Origin: a virus
DNA length: 64,000 bases
Strand: one strand, 5' to 3'
Virus record (IMG/VR): IMGVR_UViG_3300021976_000001
Shown here: piece after piece, positions 1 to 9,479 of the stretch
How positions within the stretch are numbered: position 1 is the first letter of the stretch
Layout: each line of letters starts with the position of its first letter
Made by a program: the position numbers and the translations under genes
The notes under the pieces: generated by a model
The model's database searches: none
The model's input: only the letters and a program-made list of their open reading frames with translations
Told to the model about the DNA's origin: nothing

Positions 1-58
1 CTTCATCGCCTTCTTCCTCGCCTTCGTCTTCCTCATCAACTTCATCGCCGGCACCCAT
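1..58 (-). CDS. partial CDS (N-terminus only, runs off window start); highly acidic, possibly scaffold-like
   Basis: ATG at 58..56 opens MGAGDEVDEEDEGEEEGDE... and continues past position 1. It lies downstream of portal/MuF. No clear RBS. Confidence 0.3.
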   Translation of the reverse strand, partial: MGAGDEVDEEDEGEEEGDE

Positions 59-184
59 CACGGGGGCGAGGAAAGCGAAGCGGAGGTCAAGGATTTTCTG
101 AATCACGCCGGACCCTTTCTGTCAATAGAGGAATATGTGCCGAAAGGCTACCCGACAATCCCAGCAACAGCAATCACCCCTGTA

Positions 185-538
185 TCACAAGGGTCCATAC
201 ACCTCCACATTCATCGCACCGGCGATGCCAAACACGAGGTTCACCCAGCCATTGGCGTCGGCAAAACGATCCGCCTCAACCATGAAGCTCCTGGTCGTAG
301 CGTTGAGAACGGGAACCACCACATCAGCAAACGTTCCCGGCGTACCACTACCACCCGGCGGCAGCACACTCGTAGGATCGTCCACCGTGAAGTTCTGCGA
401 TGAAGCATGTGCGTTGTTGACACGCATCAAGTAACGACGCCCACGAGTAGTGGCGAACCTATCGCTAGCGCTACCCACCGCTGAAACAGCAAGGGCTCCG
501 GCAAAGTTCGCCGGATTGACCACTGTGAGATCAGGCAT
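185..538 (-). CDS. hypothetical protein (117 aa)
   Basis: ORF track. It abuts the stop of the MuF-like gene (539). No recognisable motif. Confidence 0.5.
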   Translation of the reverse strand: MPDLTVVNPANFAGALAVSAVGSASDRFATTRGRRYLMRVNNAHASSQNFTVDDPTSVLPPGGSGTPGTFADVVVPVLNATTRSFMVEADRFADANGWVNLVFGIAGAMNVEVYGPL

Positions 539-1468
539 TTATGCTCCTTGAACTTGGAGGTATTGGTCGTAACGACCACTGGTTAGTTGACGAATGAATT
601 CTTGTTCAGGTACCTGCGCAACGCCAAGATAGCAGAGGCACTGAGGATGCGGCCTGCTAGGGACATCACCTTTTCTGAATACACCCTCGCCCATGCCAGA
701 ATGATCTTCATGGGCTAATTCATCGCATTCGTCAGGCTTCGGATGACTGCCTGATAGATGCCACTGATAGCCGGTAACCCACGGCCGATCACGGCTCAAC
801 CGAATAGTTGTGTCGTGATGGGCGTTGTTGATCTCAGTACGGCCCAGACGCATTGCTGCGTAGCTAGTTCCGCCGGGTGTATTCGGACTTATGAAGGCGA
901 GTACCTTCCTAGATATCTCACGGGCGCTCAGTTGCGCTGCTAGCGATTGGTCTATGATCTGGCCAACCTGTAAGACCATTGCCTGACTGTTCCGATACAC
1001 ACGCTGACTCAGTGTGAAGCCATTGGTGTGCCGACTGAGAATGTCGTTGGCAGCCTGGTTAGCACTGAAGAATGTACCACCCGAAAGCTTCTTCATGATA
1101 TCACGAGGCAAACCCATCTGAAGGTCACGCAGGAGTTGATGATTCGCTGCCAGCTTGGCTGCGTCTTTCACTCCACCCTTAATCTGGGTATGGATGGCCG
1201 TCCACAACTCGTCCGACAGCCGGGTCAAGCCACGGGTAGCCGCCCGTAGCTGATCGGCACGAACCTGAGCCCCAATGCCACGCCCTAGCCCGTTGCGCAC
1301 CGTGCGCTCAGCTTCCTCAGCGGCCGCACGAAGCGTGTCGGCCATGTCACCACGGGTAATGCCCTGCGTCAACCTGAGAGGCTCCACAAGCCCCGTCTTC
1401 CGGGCCAGCGCTGCCCGGTTGACGGTCTTCCTAGGTCTATTCGGTAGCCGCTCTGCCGGGATTGACAT
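539..1468 (-). CDS. MuF-like minor head (head morphogenesis) protein
   Basis: C-terminal PHPQCLCYL resembles the HPNCRC signature of the Phage_Mu_F / SPP1 gp7 family. Position just after portal fits. Confidence 0.7.
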   Translation of the reverse strand: MSIPAERLPNRPRKTVNRAALARKTGLVEPLRLTQGITRGDMADTLRAAAEEAERTVRNGLGRGIGAQVRADQLRAATRGLTRLSDELWTAIHTQIKGGVKDAAKLAANHQLLRDLQMGLPRDIMKKLSGGTFFSANQAANDILSRHTNGFTLSQRVYRNSQAMVLQVGQIIDQSLAAQLSAREISRKVLAFISPNTPGGTSYAAMRLGRTEINNAHHDTTIRLSRDRPWVTGYQWHLSGSHPKPDECDELAHEDHSGMGEGVFRKGDVPSRPHPQCLCYLGVAQVPEQEFIRQLTSGRYDQYLQVQGA

Positions 1469-1471
1469 GGA

Positions 1472-1888
1472 TCAGCTCAGCAAAGCATCCACAGCCACAC
1501 GAGCGACATGCACGCCCGCAGACAACGGCGCCGGACCAACACCCGCAGCAGTTGTGAACTGGAGGTCCAAGTACAAGCCACCCGTGTCGTCCCGGTAGAC
1601 GCCGACCACCGTCGTTGCTCCACTCACTGCGTTGATCTTGGCGGCTGTCTCCTTGGCATTCTCCTCACAAATCGCCTTAGCGGCATTGATCTTAGCGGCG
1701 AGCTTCTTGTCGTTATCTTCAGCGTTGGCAACCGTAGCCACAACGATCATAGTGTCGTTGACGGTACCCAATATACCAGCGTGGTTGAGGTCGGCAGGTG
1801 TGTCGGCCAGGGTGTCGTTCACAGTGCCAGACAGGGCAGCATGCGCCAACGCTGCGACGCTACCCGTTGTGGTGTTGGTGCTTCCCAT
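1472..1888 (-). CDS. hypothetical protein (138 aa)
   Basis: ORF track. Start overlaps the portal stop. Ala/Thr-rich, no motif. Confidence 0.5.
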   Translation of the reverse strand: MGSTNTTTGSVAALAHAALSGTVNDTLADTPADLNHAGILGTVNDTMIVVATVANAEDNDKKLAAKINAAKAICEENAKETAAKINAVSGATTVVGVYRDDTGGLYLDLQFTTAAGVGPAPLSAGVHVARVAVDALLS

Positions 1889-3465
1889 TACGCTTCCTCC
1901 ACTGGATCGGTGTTTGCCTCTGTGTCTTCAACCACGGGTGCTTCTTCATCAACGGGCTGACCGTCGTCGGTTTGGCCTTCCTCCAGCTCACGATCAATAC
2001 GGTTGGCAACGCTGTCTATCTCAGCGGCCTTCTGCTCCAGCAGCATCGCCAGCATTTCCTCATTGGTGGGCAACTCCCAGCCCAGATTTCGCAACTCATC
2101 CCAGGCAACCGGCAACGGAATGATCGGCATAGGAACAGCCGTCGCCAGCTTGACGATCTGATCAAACTTCTTCTCTTCGTTGACAGGAATCTTCGTGCCG
2201 TATATGGGCTTGAAGCGGATGTTGGTCAGCAGGAAGTTCCATGCTGATCCCTCGTACGCAATGATCCACTTGTTTAAATCGTACAGGTAGTTCTTGGTAA
2301 CATCCGTGACGATGGTTTCACGTTCCACCGCACGGGACAGCAGCGGTCCCATCTCAATGGTGAGGGCGATGCCGCTTTCAGCAACCGTGACATCAACACG
2401 ACCCTTGGCCACCGCAGGCGTACCGCTGCTCATGTCCAGCTGATCGTGCAAGTACTGAAGATGGTCCTGATGCGGAGAGACGGTGGTGGTACCCGTCACC
2501 CGGGTGAAGTGGCCCAGCCGTGGCACCACAACCACACGCCCAGGTCCCAGATCCCACGGAAGCTTGTTTCCAGAATCGTCCACAGGCTGGCTGGCGTCGG
2601 TGGCGTAGCAGCCCAGGCCATTCAGCACCAGCTCCAGCTCCTCGTCGCTGATGCTCTGGTCAATGGCCGACAGCATGCGCTCAAACCCCCTCAGTTCGCT
2701 GCTGCCCCACAGGAACTCGTCCACTGAGAAGTTGGGCACGTGGTAGATGGGCAGCTGGTCAATGGGGCTAGGGAAGGTCTCAAGTGGCGTCACACTGCGC
2801 ACCACCTTCTCCTCACCTTGGCCGGGTCCACCCCAGGCATCCAACTCGTACAGATTGGTTTCAACCGTGATGGGCGACGGGCCACCCTTCTCGGTGGTCT
2901 TGCGGTAATCCGTACGCTGGATGAACTTCTTGCCCTCTTCCGTGACGTGGTCAACTATCATCCACCCAATGATGTCTTCCTCCTCGTTCTTGATGGGAAA
3001 GAGCTTGTTGGGATGGATGGTCTCAATGCTGATTCGTGCACCGGCATCACGCTCAACATCACCACGCATGTGAAACACCCAATCACCCCGGATGATTCCC
3101 ATTCGCTTGTTTGTGTTGAACTTGCTATAGAAGCGTTCCCTACTGGCCAGGTCCTGGAACATGGCGTTGGCCAACTCACGCTCCTGGTCGGTACCAAACG
3201 CCGGATCGCAGACAACCTCCATGTCGTTGGCCATGTACCGATGCAGCGTCTCCACCACCGTACGAGCAGCCGGGATGTAGATGGGCTCGTCATCTTCACC
3301 CCGCTGTACCACCTTGAACGTCTCAGGCACCGCCCAATAGATCTTCTCATACAGATCATAACTAGCGATCCGTGCCTGCTCAATGGGGTCAACGATCCAA
3401 CCTGGCAGAGTCGCTCCCAGCAGCTCCCTAATGGTGGAATATGGGGTGTACTCAGCCGTCGCCAT
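1888..3465 (-). CDS. portal protein
   Basis: About 525 aa, directly after the terminase region. Acidic C-terminal tail. Start chosen at MATAEYTPY (3465), preceded by GAGGAGGA; the ORF itself extends to 3489. Confidence 0.8.
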   Translation of the reverse strand: MATAEYTPYSTIRELLGATLPGWIVDPIEQARIASYDLYEKIYWAVPETFKVVQRGEDDEPIYIPAARTVVETLHRYMANDMEVVCDPAFGTDQERELANAMFQDLASRERFYSKFNTNKRMGIIRGDWVFHMRGDVERDAGARISIETIHPNKLFPIKNEEEDIIGWMIVDHVTEEGKKFIQRTDYRKTTEKGGPSPITVETNLYELDAWGGPGQGEEKVVRSVTPLETFPSPIDQLPIYHVPNFSVDEFLWGSSELRGFERMLSAIDQSISDEELELVLNGLGCYATDASQPVDDSGNKLPWDLGPGRVVVVPRLGHFTRVTGTTTVSPHQDHLQYLHDQLDMSSGTPAVAKGRVDVTVAESGIALTIEMGPLLSRAVERETIVTDVTKNYLYDLNKWIIAYEGSAWNFLLTNIRFKPIYGTKIPVNEEKKFDQIVKLATAVPMPIIPLPVAWDELRNLGWELPTNEEMLAMLLEQKAAEIDSVANRIDRELEEGQTDDGQPVDEEAPVVEDTEANTDPVEEA

Positions 3466-3724
3466 CTTCGTCGTCCTCCTCATCGTCATCCGCTAGGACA
3501 GCGACGTAATAGTCCATCAGGGTGGTCTTAGAGATCTCAAGCATGCCCATAGCCATTCCAAGTGTCACGCCGCCGGTCACAGTGTAACGATACCTTTCCA
3601 AGCCCTCACCAGAAGCATCAACAACACGAAACAGAATCACTGCATCCGTGATCATTTCAGTTTCATCTAACTCAATGGGCTTCTCTGATATTGCGTCAAT
3701 AAGGAACTCACGAAGAGGCTCCAT
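3452..3724 (-). CDS. hypothetical protein (90 aa, acidic C-terminus)
   Basis: ORF track. Its ATG overlaps the terminase stop. Confidence 0.5.
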   Translation of the reverse strand: MEPLREFLIDAISEKPIELDETEMITDAVILFRVVDASGEGLERYRYTVTGGVTLGMAMGMLEISKTTLMDYYVAVLADDDEEDDEDGDG

Positions 3725-5148
3725 TACCTGCGCCTTCTCCGGCCACTTGAAGCCAGCCGTGCCCGGGTGACCACGGCCGCACCGCTATGCGCAGGCGCCA
3801 CTAGTGGCCCGTAGTGTCCACGATAGAAACGACCCAGTGCTTCAGGAGCGTGGTTGTCCTTATCCAGGGGTGCTTCAGCGTCCGGCCGGACCTCGCTCCT
3901 GTTCTCCGGGTATCGGTAGTCCTGCATCTCACGAATCAAGCCCGTGCAACTGCGGTCAATGAAGATCTTGGGCTGCTTCTGTGGGTCGTCATCATCCAGA
4001 TGCTTAGGTACCCGTTTCAGTGCCTTGCGGATGTATTCCAGCCGGTACTTCAGCTCACCACCTGTGTCACCATTAACAGCCAGCTTCAAAGCGTTGCCCA
4101 GCACGTGAGCGTCGTCCGGCTCAGCGGGGTCTGGATACAACTTGATAGCGTGCTTGGCCATCGGCCATTCCATCAACTCTTCTGCGATCTCGTTGATGTC
4201 CCGCTGAGTACACCGGTATTCGCCTAGGATATAGACGTTGTCCCACACGTCAACTTGAATGGCCAACCACACAAACGGATTGGACCAACCGAAGTCGCAC
4301 GCACCGTACAACGGAAGATCCCGCCGGTACTTAACATCCCGAACGTGTATCTCCTCGTCAAAGTCTTTGAATACAGAACCAACGTATTCAGTAAAGCTAG
4401 CCTCAATCTCCTGCTCTGCCCGCTCGTCGGACATTTCCGCTTTCATCTCGTGTACTTCGGGATCCTTTGCCCCTAGCGGAAACACATGATGATTGACATA
4501 GCTAGCCATGCGCCAGCTTTCCCACGCAGGATGAGCAGGATCCAGGCCCCTTTGATAAGCCTCATAGAAATGATTCTTGCCCTCAGGGGTGGACAGCCAC
4601 AATGACCAGCCATGTTCGTCCACCAAGGCCGGGCGAATGTGCTTGGACCACACTAGCGGCTTCATCTTCGCCGCCTCGCACATCACTACTCCCACCAGGC
4701 CCTCACCCACCAAGGTGTCCGGATACTTGGAGGACATGCCCTTGATCATCAAGCGCCCATTGAACATGCTGATGACCATGTCCGATGCTGGTAGAGAGGG
4801 GTTGTAGTAGCTGCCCGGCTTGTCCAGTGGAACGCCCATGCGCTTCAGGTCGTTCCAAACAACTCGGAACTCCTTCTCGCTGTCGCTGTATTCCGGACCC
4901 ACGAACCATATCTCGTGGCGACGATCGTTGTCCTCCAACACATGCAGCACGGTCTCCGTCAGCTTCGGCTGAAGACTGACCTCGTGCCCGCCAATTTGCG
5001 ACTTGCCGAAACGCCTGCCACACGCTGCCACTCTGTGGCGGGCACCACTGGCCTGGATCTTGCGCTGCCCGATGTGCGGCCGATACTTCACCTGCGCCCA
5101 ATGCGCACGTGGATCAAGGTGAGCAATACGGTCCGGTGCGACAGCCAT
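3724..5148 (-). CDS. terminase large subunit
   Basis: Walker A-like ACGRRFGKSQ near the N-terminus, about 474 aa, followed by portal. Start taken at MAVAPD (5148), which forms a TGATG overlap with the upstream ORF; the ORF extends to 5217. Confidence 0.85.
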   Translation of the reverse strand: MAVAPDRIAHLDPRAHWAQVKYRPHIGQRKIQASGARHRVAACGRRFGKSQIGGHEVSLQPKLTETVLHVLEDNDRRHEIWFVGPEYSDSEKEFRVVWNDLKRMGVPLDKPGSYYNPSLPASDMVISMFNGRLMIKGMSSKYPDTLVGEGLVGVVMCEAAKMKPLVWSKHIRPALVDEHGWSLWLSTPEGKNHFYEAYQRGLDPAHPAWESWRMASYVNHHVFPLGAKDPEVHEMKAEMSDERAEQEIEASFTEYVGSVFKDFDEEIHVRDVKYRRDLPLYGACDFGWSNPFVWLAIQVDVWDNVYILGEYRCTQRDINEIAEELMEWPMAKHAIKLYPDPAEPDDAHVLGNALKLAVNGDTGGELKYRLEYIRKALKRVPKHLDDDDPQKQPKIFIDRSCTGLIREMQDYRYPENRSEVRPDAEAPLDKDNHAPEALGRFYRGHYGPLVAPAHSGAAVVTRARLASSGRRRRR

Positions 5149-5504
5149 CAACAGGGTTCCCAGCGACCGAACCGGATGTAGCCGTGTGCACCGCAACCGT
5201 GCTTGCTGGGTGTGCACAGAATGCTAGGCGAGACAGTGAGTGGATTCAGACTGGTGACATCCCACGTCGGCCTGTCACCATTCAGTTCCTCAAGACCGGG
5301 CATGTGAAAGGCAATAGCGCTTTCGTGCGTCTCACCTGGCTTGTCCAAACGAGGATGTCTGATGATCAACCCAGCGTTCTCTACTGGAAGCACACGTGCC
5401 AAATGCCGATATTGTGGGTTGAGTTTCAGGTCTGGATCCCAGCTATAGAAGCAGGCGCTATAGCCGCTACCCAGATCAATTGGAAACTCACGTGTATCAG
5501 GCAT
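5148..5504 (-). CDS. hypothetical protein (118 aa), upstream of terminase
   Basis: ORF track. Has the motif SPSILC-x7-CGAHGYIRFG. It does not look like a typical small terminase. Confidence 0.5.
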   Translation of the reverse strand: MPDTREFPIDLGSGYSACFYSWDPDLKLNPQYRHLARVLPVENAGLIIRHPRLDKPGETHESAIAFHMPGLEELNGDRPTWDVTSLNPLTVSPSILCTPSKHGCGAHGYIRFGRWEPC

Positions 5505-5506
5505 GA

Positions 5507-5821
5507 CTACTGGACTTCCAGACCCTCCGGGTCAATTTCCCACACATCCTCGTCACCGTTGAGAAGCAGCTTGCCGTAGAAGCGATAGTGGCCTGGCTCC
5601 AGGTCCAGCCCTATGTCACCTATGCGTGGCGTAGCCGCAACGCGCAACCAGCTGCCAAAGGATTGAACAGCCTCCGCCTCCATCCAGGTGCCGGCAACAA
5701 ACGTATCGGGGCGTTCACCACGAATGGGGAAAGCGAAGAAAATGGTGGCGTCCGTGTGATCAGCCGCCGAGTTGATGGGCACGCTAAGTCGGCTCTTAGC
5801 CTCCCTCTGGACTGTAATCAT
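5507..5821 (-). CDS. hypothetical protein (~104 aa)
   Basis: Start chosen at MITVQREAK, 8 nt after GGGAGGAG; the ORF extends to 5869. Confidence 0.45.
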   Translation of the reverse strand: MITVQREAKSRLSVPINSAADHTDATIFFAFPIRGERPDTFVAGTWMEAEAVQSFGSWLRVAATPRIGDIGLDLEPGHYRFYGKLLLNGDEDVWEIDPEGLEVQ

Positions 5822-5978
5822 CGTCATCTCCTCCCGGTACGTCTTCCTTGTCCGCCGATGCGTATTCACTCATATACAGCATGTCTGGGTCCTCACCATT
5901 GGCCACTCTATGCAGCAGCTCCAGCAGGCGCTCTTCACTGATGGTCCACCAGACAGGTTTGTGACTGATATCACTCAC
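5796..5978 (-). CDS. hypothetical protein (60 aa, acidic tail)
   Basis: ORF track. Start overlaps the stop of the 1167-aa gene. Confidence 0.4.
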   Translation of the reverse strand: MSDISHKPVWWTISEERLLELLHRVANGEDPDMLYMSEYASADKEDVPGGDDDDYSPEGG

Positions 5979-8900
5979 AGAATGGTTACCTTTCCGTTCG
6001 TGACCATTGATCGTGCACCGTGCCGGCTGCTGGTGCGCCCCTGTATGCCGCCACCGCCCGTACCCACACCACTAGGCAACTCATCTGGCGGAGGCAACAA
6101 CCGCACTATCGTCAGGCCCGACTCAGTCTCTACGACCTGCGCCACCAGACGTAGCTTGGAATGCAACCAGGCTTGAGCTAGCTCCATCTCCTGAGCCTGG
6201 CCCAGCACGTGACCCTTCACGTGTGCGAATGCCTGGGCTGCTTCCGTCTCAACAACTTGTGCAATAGCCTTCCGCTTCAATGCGGTAAAGGGCATTGCAA
6301 TTTCTGTCTCTAAGGCGGTGTTAATCCTACCAGGTTGCGTGAATAGCCGGGCAATCTCTACTTCAATGGCCTGACCAACCAAGCGGGTCTTCAGGCGTGC
6401 AACGGCCGTGGCGGTCTCAGTTTCCACAGCCTGAGCCAGTACCCTGGACTTCACCCTGGTAAAGGGCTGCGCTATCTCTGTCTCTGTGACTAGCCGCAGC
6501 TGCCCGGGCGCCACAATTGTGAGTGCTGTCTCCATTTCAACGGCTTGCACTAGTGCACGCATCTTCAAACGTGCTATGGCAAATGCCGTCTCAGTCTCTA
6601 CACCCTGCGCAACAAGCCTACTCTTGACACGAACCACAGCCTGTGCCGCTTCTGTTTCAACTGCCTGTAGCAAAGACCGTGTCTTGACAGCAGTTATAGG
6701 CTGCGCTGTTTCCAGCTCCACAACCTGCCGCATCAGGTCCAGAACCAAGACGTCAATAACCTGACCCGTCTCCAGCTCCACCGCCTGGGCAAGGATCTTG
6801 GACTTCAGCCGGGCCACCGCTTGCGCCACTTCGGTCTCGGTGGCCTGCCCTATGGCAAGCAACTTTCGCCCGGTAACAACCAGAGCGGTCTCTGTCTCAA
6901 CGGCTTGTGCCGCAACACGAGTCTTGAGGCGCCCCGTAACTGTCGCTGTTTCGGTCTCCAGAGCCTGCGTAAGCGGCTTGGCCTTGACCCGTGTGAAAGT
7001 CTGCCCAACCTCGTTCTCAAGGGCCTGGGCGACCACACGGGCCTTCAAGCGCCCTGAGAGCGTAGCAACCTCGGTCTCTACTGTCTGAGCAAGCGTACGA
7101 GCCTTCACCCGGGTTACTGGCTGAGCTACCTCCACCTCAACCGCCTGCGCCACGGCCTTTGTCTTGAGCCTGGCTATGGGCTGAGCAATCTCTGTCTCCG
7201 TAACTTGGTTGAAAGGCGGCATCACTAAGCCGGCTTCCCACTTCACTGCGAAGGTAGCGGTGCAGTACTCTTCAGTTGAAGCAATGGTGAAAGGACCAGG
7301 ATCCTCAGAACCAGTAGTCAACACCTGCAATGCGTAAGCCAGGCTCACACCGTCGGCAGCGTCACCAGAGTTAACCGCAGCGCCGTCCACGTAACCAGCC
7401 GGATATGCCGTAGTAGCTACGACACCGCTGTCATAAGCAGCCGCCGCTATTGAAACTATTTTTTCAATCGCCCACCCTGTCGGATTCAACGCAGGAGAAT
7501 CAAGTGAGGTAGAGGTGTTCCCCTGAAAAACAGCAACTTCTGGAGGCACCGTCAAATCCACATTTGTCAAACGCCATACCTTGTGTGCACTGGTTTGGGC
7601 CACGTCTGTAATTGCTGTCTCAGTGGCACCTTCGCTACCGTCTGCGATCTTGTAGTAACCCCGCAAGGAGCACAAATCTCCGCTGTGAGCAGTGTTGCCC
7701 AAAGACACCCAGTTGTCTGCAAAATCACCAGACACAATAGGACGAGCGTCGTAACTCTGTAGCGCCAACAACAATCCGCCACTACCAGCGGGCATGTTCA
7801 CCACGTGACTAGTGCTGTTGGTTGGCACTGCCGTTTCCGCTTCACTTACGACAGGCCAGTCTCCAGGCCGAATGCGCCCTGCTGTTTCCGTTTCAACGGC
7901 CTGACCAAGCATCCGAGTCTTGACCCGAGCTATGGGCTGCGCCATTTCAGTTTCAACTGCCTGCCCAGCACTTGTAATAAAGCTCTGAGAGGAGTTGGTG
8001 CCAACGATTCCACCATACGAACAATGCGAGTAATCAACTATCCCTTCGTGAGCAGCAGCTACCGCTACACGACCAGTTCCCCTAGGCGTTGGGATGGTGG
8101 CAATGTCGGCAGCGGCATCGGCACCGCCCTTGCGCACGCAGGTACCAGTACCCCCGACAGCTATATCGGCGCCTAGGCTTTCGTACATCACCTGCGTCGC
8201 ATTGATTCCAGTTACAAAACCATTGAGCGTGTCAAGTCCGGCGTCTGTGACGTCCACCGTAATGATGTTGCCCACCATAAAATCGTGAGAACCAATGGTC
8301 AAGGTAGCGGTGCCACCGGTTCGGCTACTGGCGGTGACCGTGTACGTCAGGTGGGCCTTGTCCAGATCAATGGTGAACGCATGATTTGGATCTGTCCAAC
8401 CCGGAAGAGACTGATGTCTGCTCCAGCAGCGAACCTGGAGGATCGTACCTGAGACACGCACTTCCATCCAGTAAGGAAACAGACGCTCGTTGCCTGTAGC
8501 GGAAGTACCAACAACTGCGAGATCGTGCTTGCCGTCCGTGTATTTGAAGGTGGTAGCACTGGGTATCTCAATGACCTTGACCTGACGCACATCGCTACTG
8601 CGGTCTTTGACGGTACCGCTACCGCCCTCGTTGGCGCCTACCTGCGCCCATGTGATCTGCGTAGCGTTGAAGCCCGTAACAGTGAAGGTGCCACTGAACG
8701 TACCTGCACCGAATAGGAAGGCGATGTCGCCGGTCTGCATGCCGTGGCCACTGCCCAGCGTGGCCGTCACGACATTGCTGGCACGGTTCAGTGTAGAACC
8801 AGGAAACTCCTTGGTCCAAGAGATGTTCAGGTAATCGTCAATGACCATTTCATGTGCCACTGACGTTACCGCTGTCACCACACCGCCAACCCTGCTGCCC

Positions 8901-9478
8901 GATGTGATGTTGTAGATCTGCTTCAGGTCAAGTGCTGCGTTACCTTGGCGATTGGTGAAACCAGATCCGTCAAGGTTGCCCTGCCACACCCCGACGTTGA
9001 TGGCGTGCGGATTGCCCACGAACACATCGTGCCAAGCAACGATCGCACGACGTTTGGTATCCTCCTGGGCACGCAGACCAAGCCCGTGCTGAGGCAAGGC
9101 GATACCGGCGTCGTAAGCCTCCGCCTTGATCTCCACCAAGACGTGAGCAATACCCCAGAGACCAGACTCTGGAATAGTAAACATCTCACGCTGATTGGAT
9201 ACTGGGTCCGGCCCGGCTGTCAGAGCTATGTCCAGCTCATGCTTGTCTGGAAACACAGTGTGCTCACTAACAGACACATCGTCTTGAGTATATATCCACT
9301 TGACTATACGATCTTCGTCTGTAACGGTATCCCAGTCATAATCAACAGTACTGATTCCAAAGAACCAGTCGTTCACCATCTCCCAACCAGAGCCCCTGAA
9401 CTCCGTCAGGTTGTTTCGCTTTACACGATCTCCCCCAGATCCGTTTAAGACTCTTCCCTTACCAGAGGTGACGGGCAT
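5975..9478 (-). CDS. large repeat-containing protein (1167 aa), possible fibre/virion-associated protein
   Basis: Long uninterrupted ORF. The N-terminal ~750 aa are beta-rich and Gly/Thr/Val-rich. The C-terminal ~370 aa are 20-residue tandem repeats with consensus VETE-A---R-K-R--AQA. Confidence 0.7.
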   Translation of the reverse strand: MPVTSGKGRVLNGSGGDRVKRNNLTEFRGSGWEMVNDWFFGISTVDYDWDTVTDEDRIVKWIYTQDDVSVSEHTVFPDKHELDIALTAGPDPVSNQREMFTIPESGLWGIAHVLVEIKAEAYDAGIALPQHGLGLRAQEDTKRRAIVAWHDVFVGNPHAINVGVWQGNLDGSGFTNRQGNAALDLKQIYNITSGSRVGGVVTAVTSVAHEMVIDDYLNISWTKEFPGSTLNRASNVVTATLGSGHGMQTGDIAFLFGAGTFSGTFTVTGFNATQITWAQVGANEGGSGTVKDRSSDVRQVKVIEIPSATTFKYTDGKHDLAVVGTSATGNERLFPYWMEVRVSGTILQVRCWSRHQSLPGWTDPNHAFTIDLDKAHLTYTVTASSRTGGTATLTIGSHDFMVGNIITVDVTDAGLDTLNGFVTGINATQVMYESLGADIAVGGTGTCVRKGGADAAADIATIPTPRGTGRVAVAAAHEGIVDYSHCSYGGIVGTNSSQSFITSAGQAVETEMAQPIARVKTRMLGQAVETETAGRIRPGDWPVVSEAETAVPTNSTSHVVNMPAGSGGLLLALQSYDARPIVSGDFADNWVSLGNTAHSGDLCSLRGYYKIADGSEGATETAITDVAQTSAHKVWRLTNVDLTVPPEVAVFQGNTSTSLDSPALNPTGWAIEKIVSIAAAAYDSGVVATTAYPAGYVDGAAVNSGDAADGVSLAYALQVLTTGSEDPGPFTIASTEEYCTATFAVKWEAGLVMPPFNQVTETEIAQPIARLKTKAVAQAVEVEVAQPVTRVKARTLAQTVETEVATLSGRLKARVVAQALENEVGQTFTRVKAKPLTQALETETATVTGRLKTRVAAQAVETETALVVTGRKLLAIGQATETEVAQAVARLKSKILAQAVELETGQVIDVLVLDLMRQVVELETAQPITAVKTRSLLQAVETEAAQAVVRVKSRLVAQGVETETAFAIARLKMRALVQAVEMETALTIVAPGQLRLVTETEIAQPFTRVKSRVLAQAVETETATAVARLKTRLVGQAIEVEIARLFTQPGRINTALETEIAMPFTALKRKAIAQVVETEAAQAFAHVKGHVLGQAQEMELAQAWLHSKLRLVAQVVETESGLTIVRLLPPPDELPSGVGTGGGGIQGRTSSRHGARSMVTNGKVTIL
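6098..7204 (-). repeat. in-frame tandem repeat array, ~18 units of ~60 bp (20 aa)
   Basis: Units were listed by hand from VTETEIAQPIARLKTKAVAQA to VETESGLTIVRL. Two more units occur near 7860-7975. Confidence 0.8.
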
Positions 9479-9479
9479 A

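Noticed and set aside
2740-3531. Long plus-strand ORFs opposite known genes, for example 2740..3531, 29892..30482, 40454..41386, 34494..35171 and 55461..56192.
   Set aside because: These are shadow ORFs antisense to clearly identified minus-strand genes (portal, SDR, nuclease, DnaE, minor tail). Their compositions are Arg/Gly/His-rich.
5149-5217. N-terminal 23-residue extension of the terminase ORF (MHTQQARLRCTRLHPVRSLGTLL).
   Set aside because: It overlaps the upstream gene by 70 nt. The internal ATG at 5148 gives the TGATG coupling typical of this genome.
6098-7204. The 60-bp periodic repeats as a CRISPR array or non-coding satellite.
   Set aside because: The repeats are contiguous with no spacers, stay in frame within a 1167-aa ORF, and vary mostly at synonymous or conservative positions. 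They are coding repeats.
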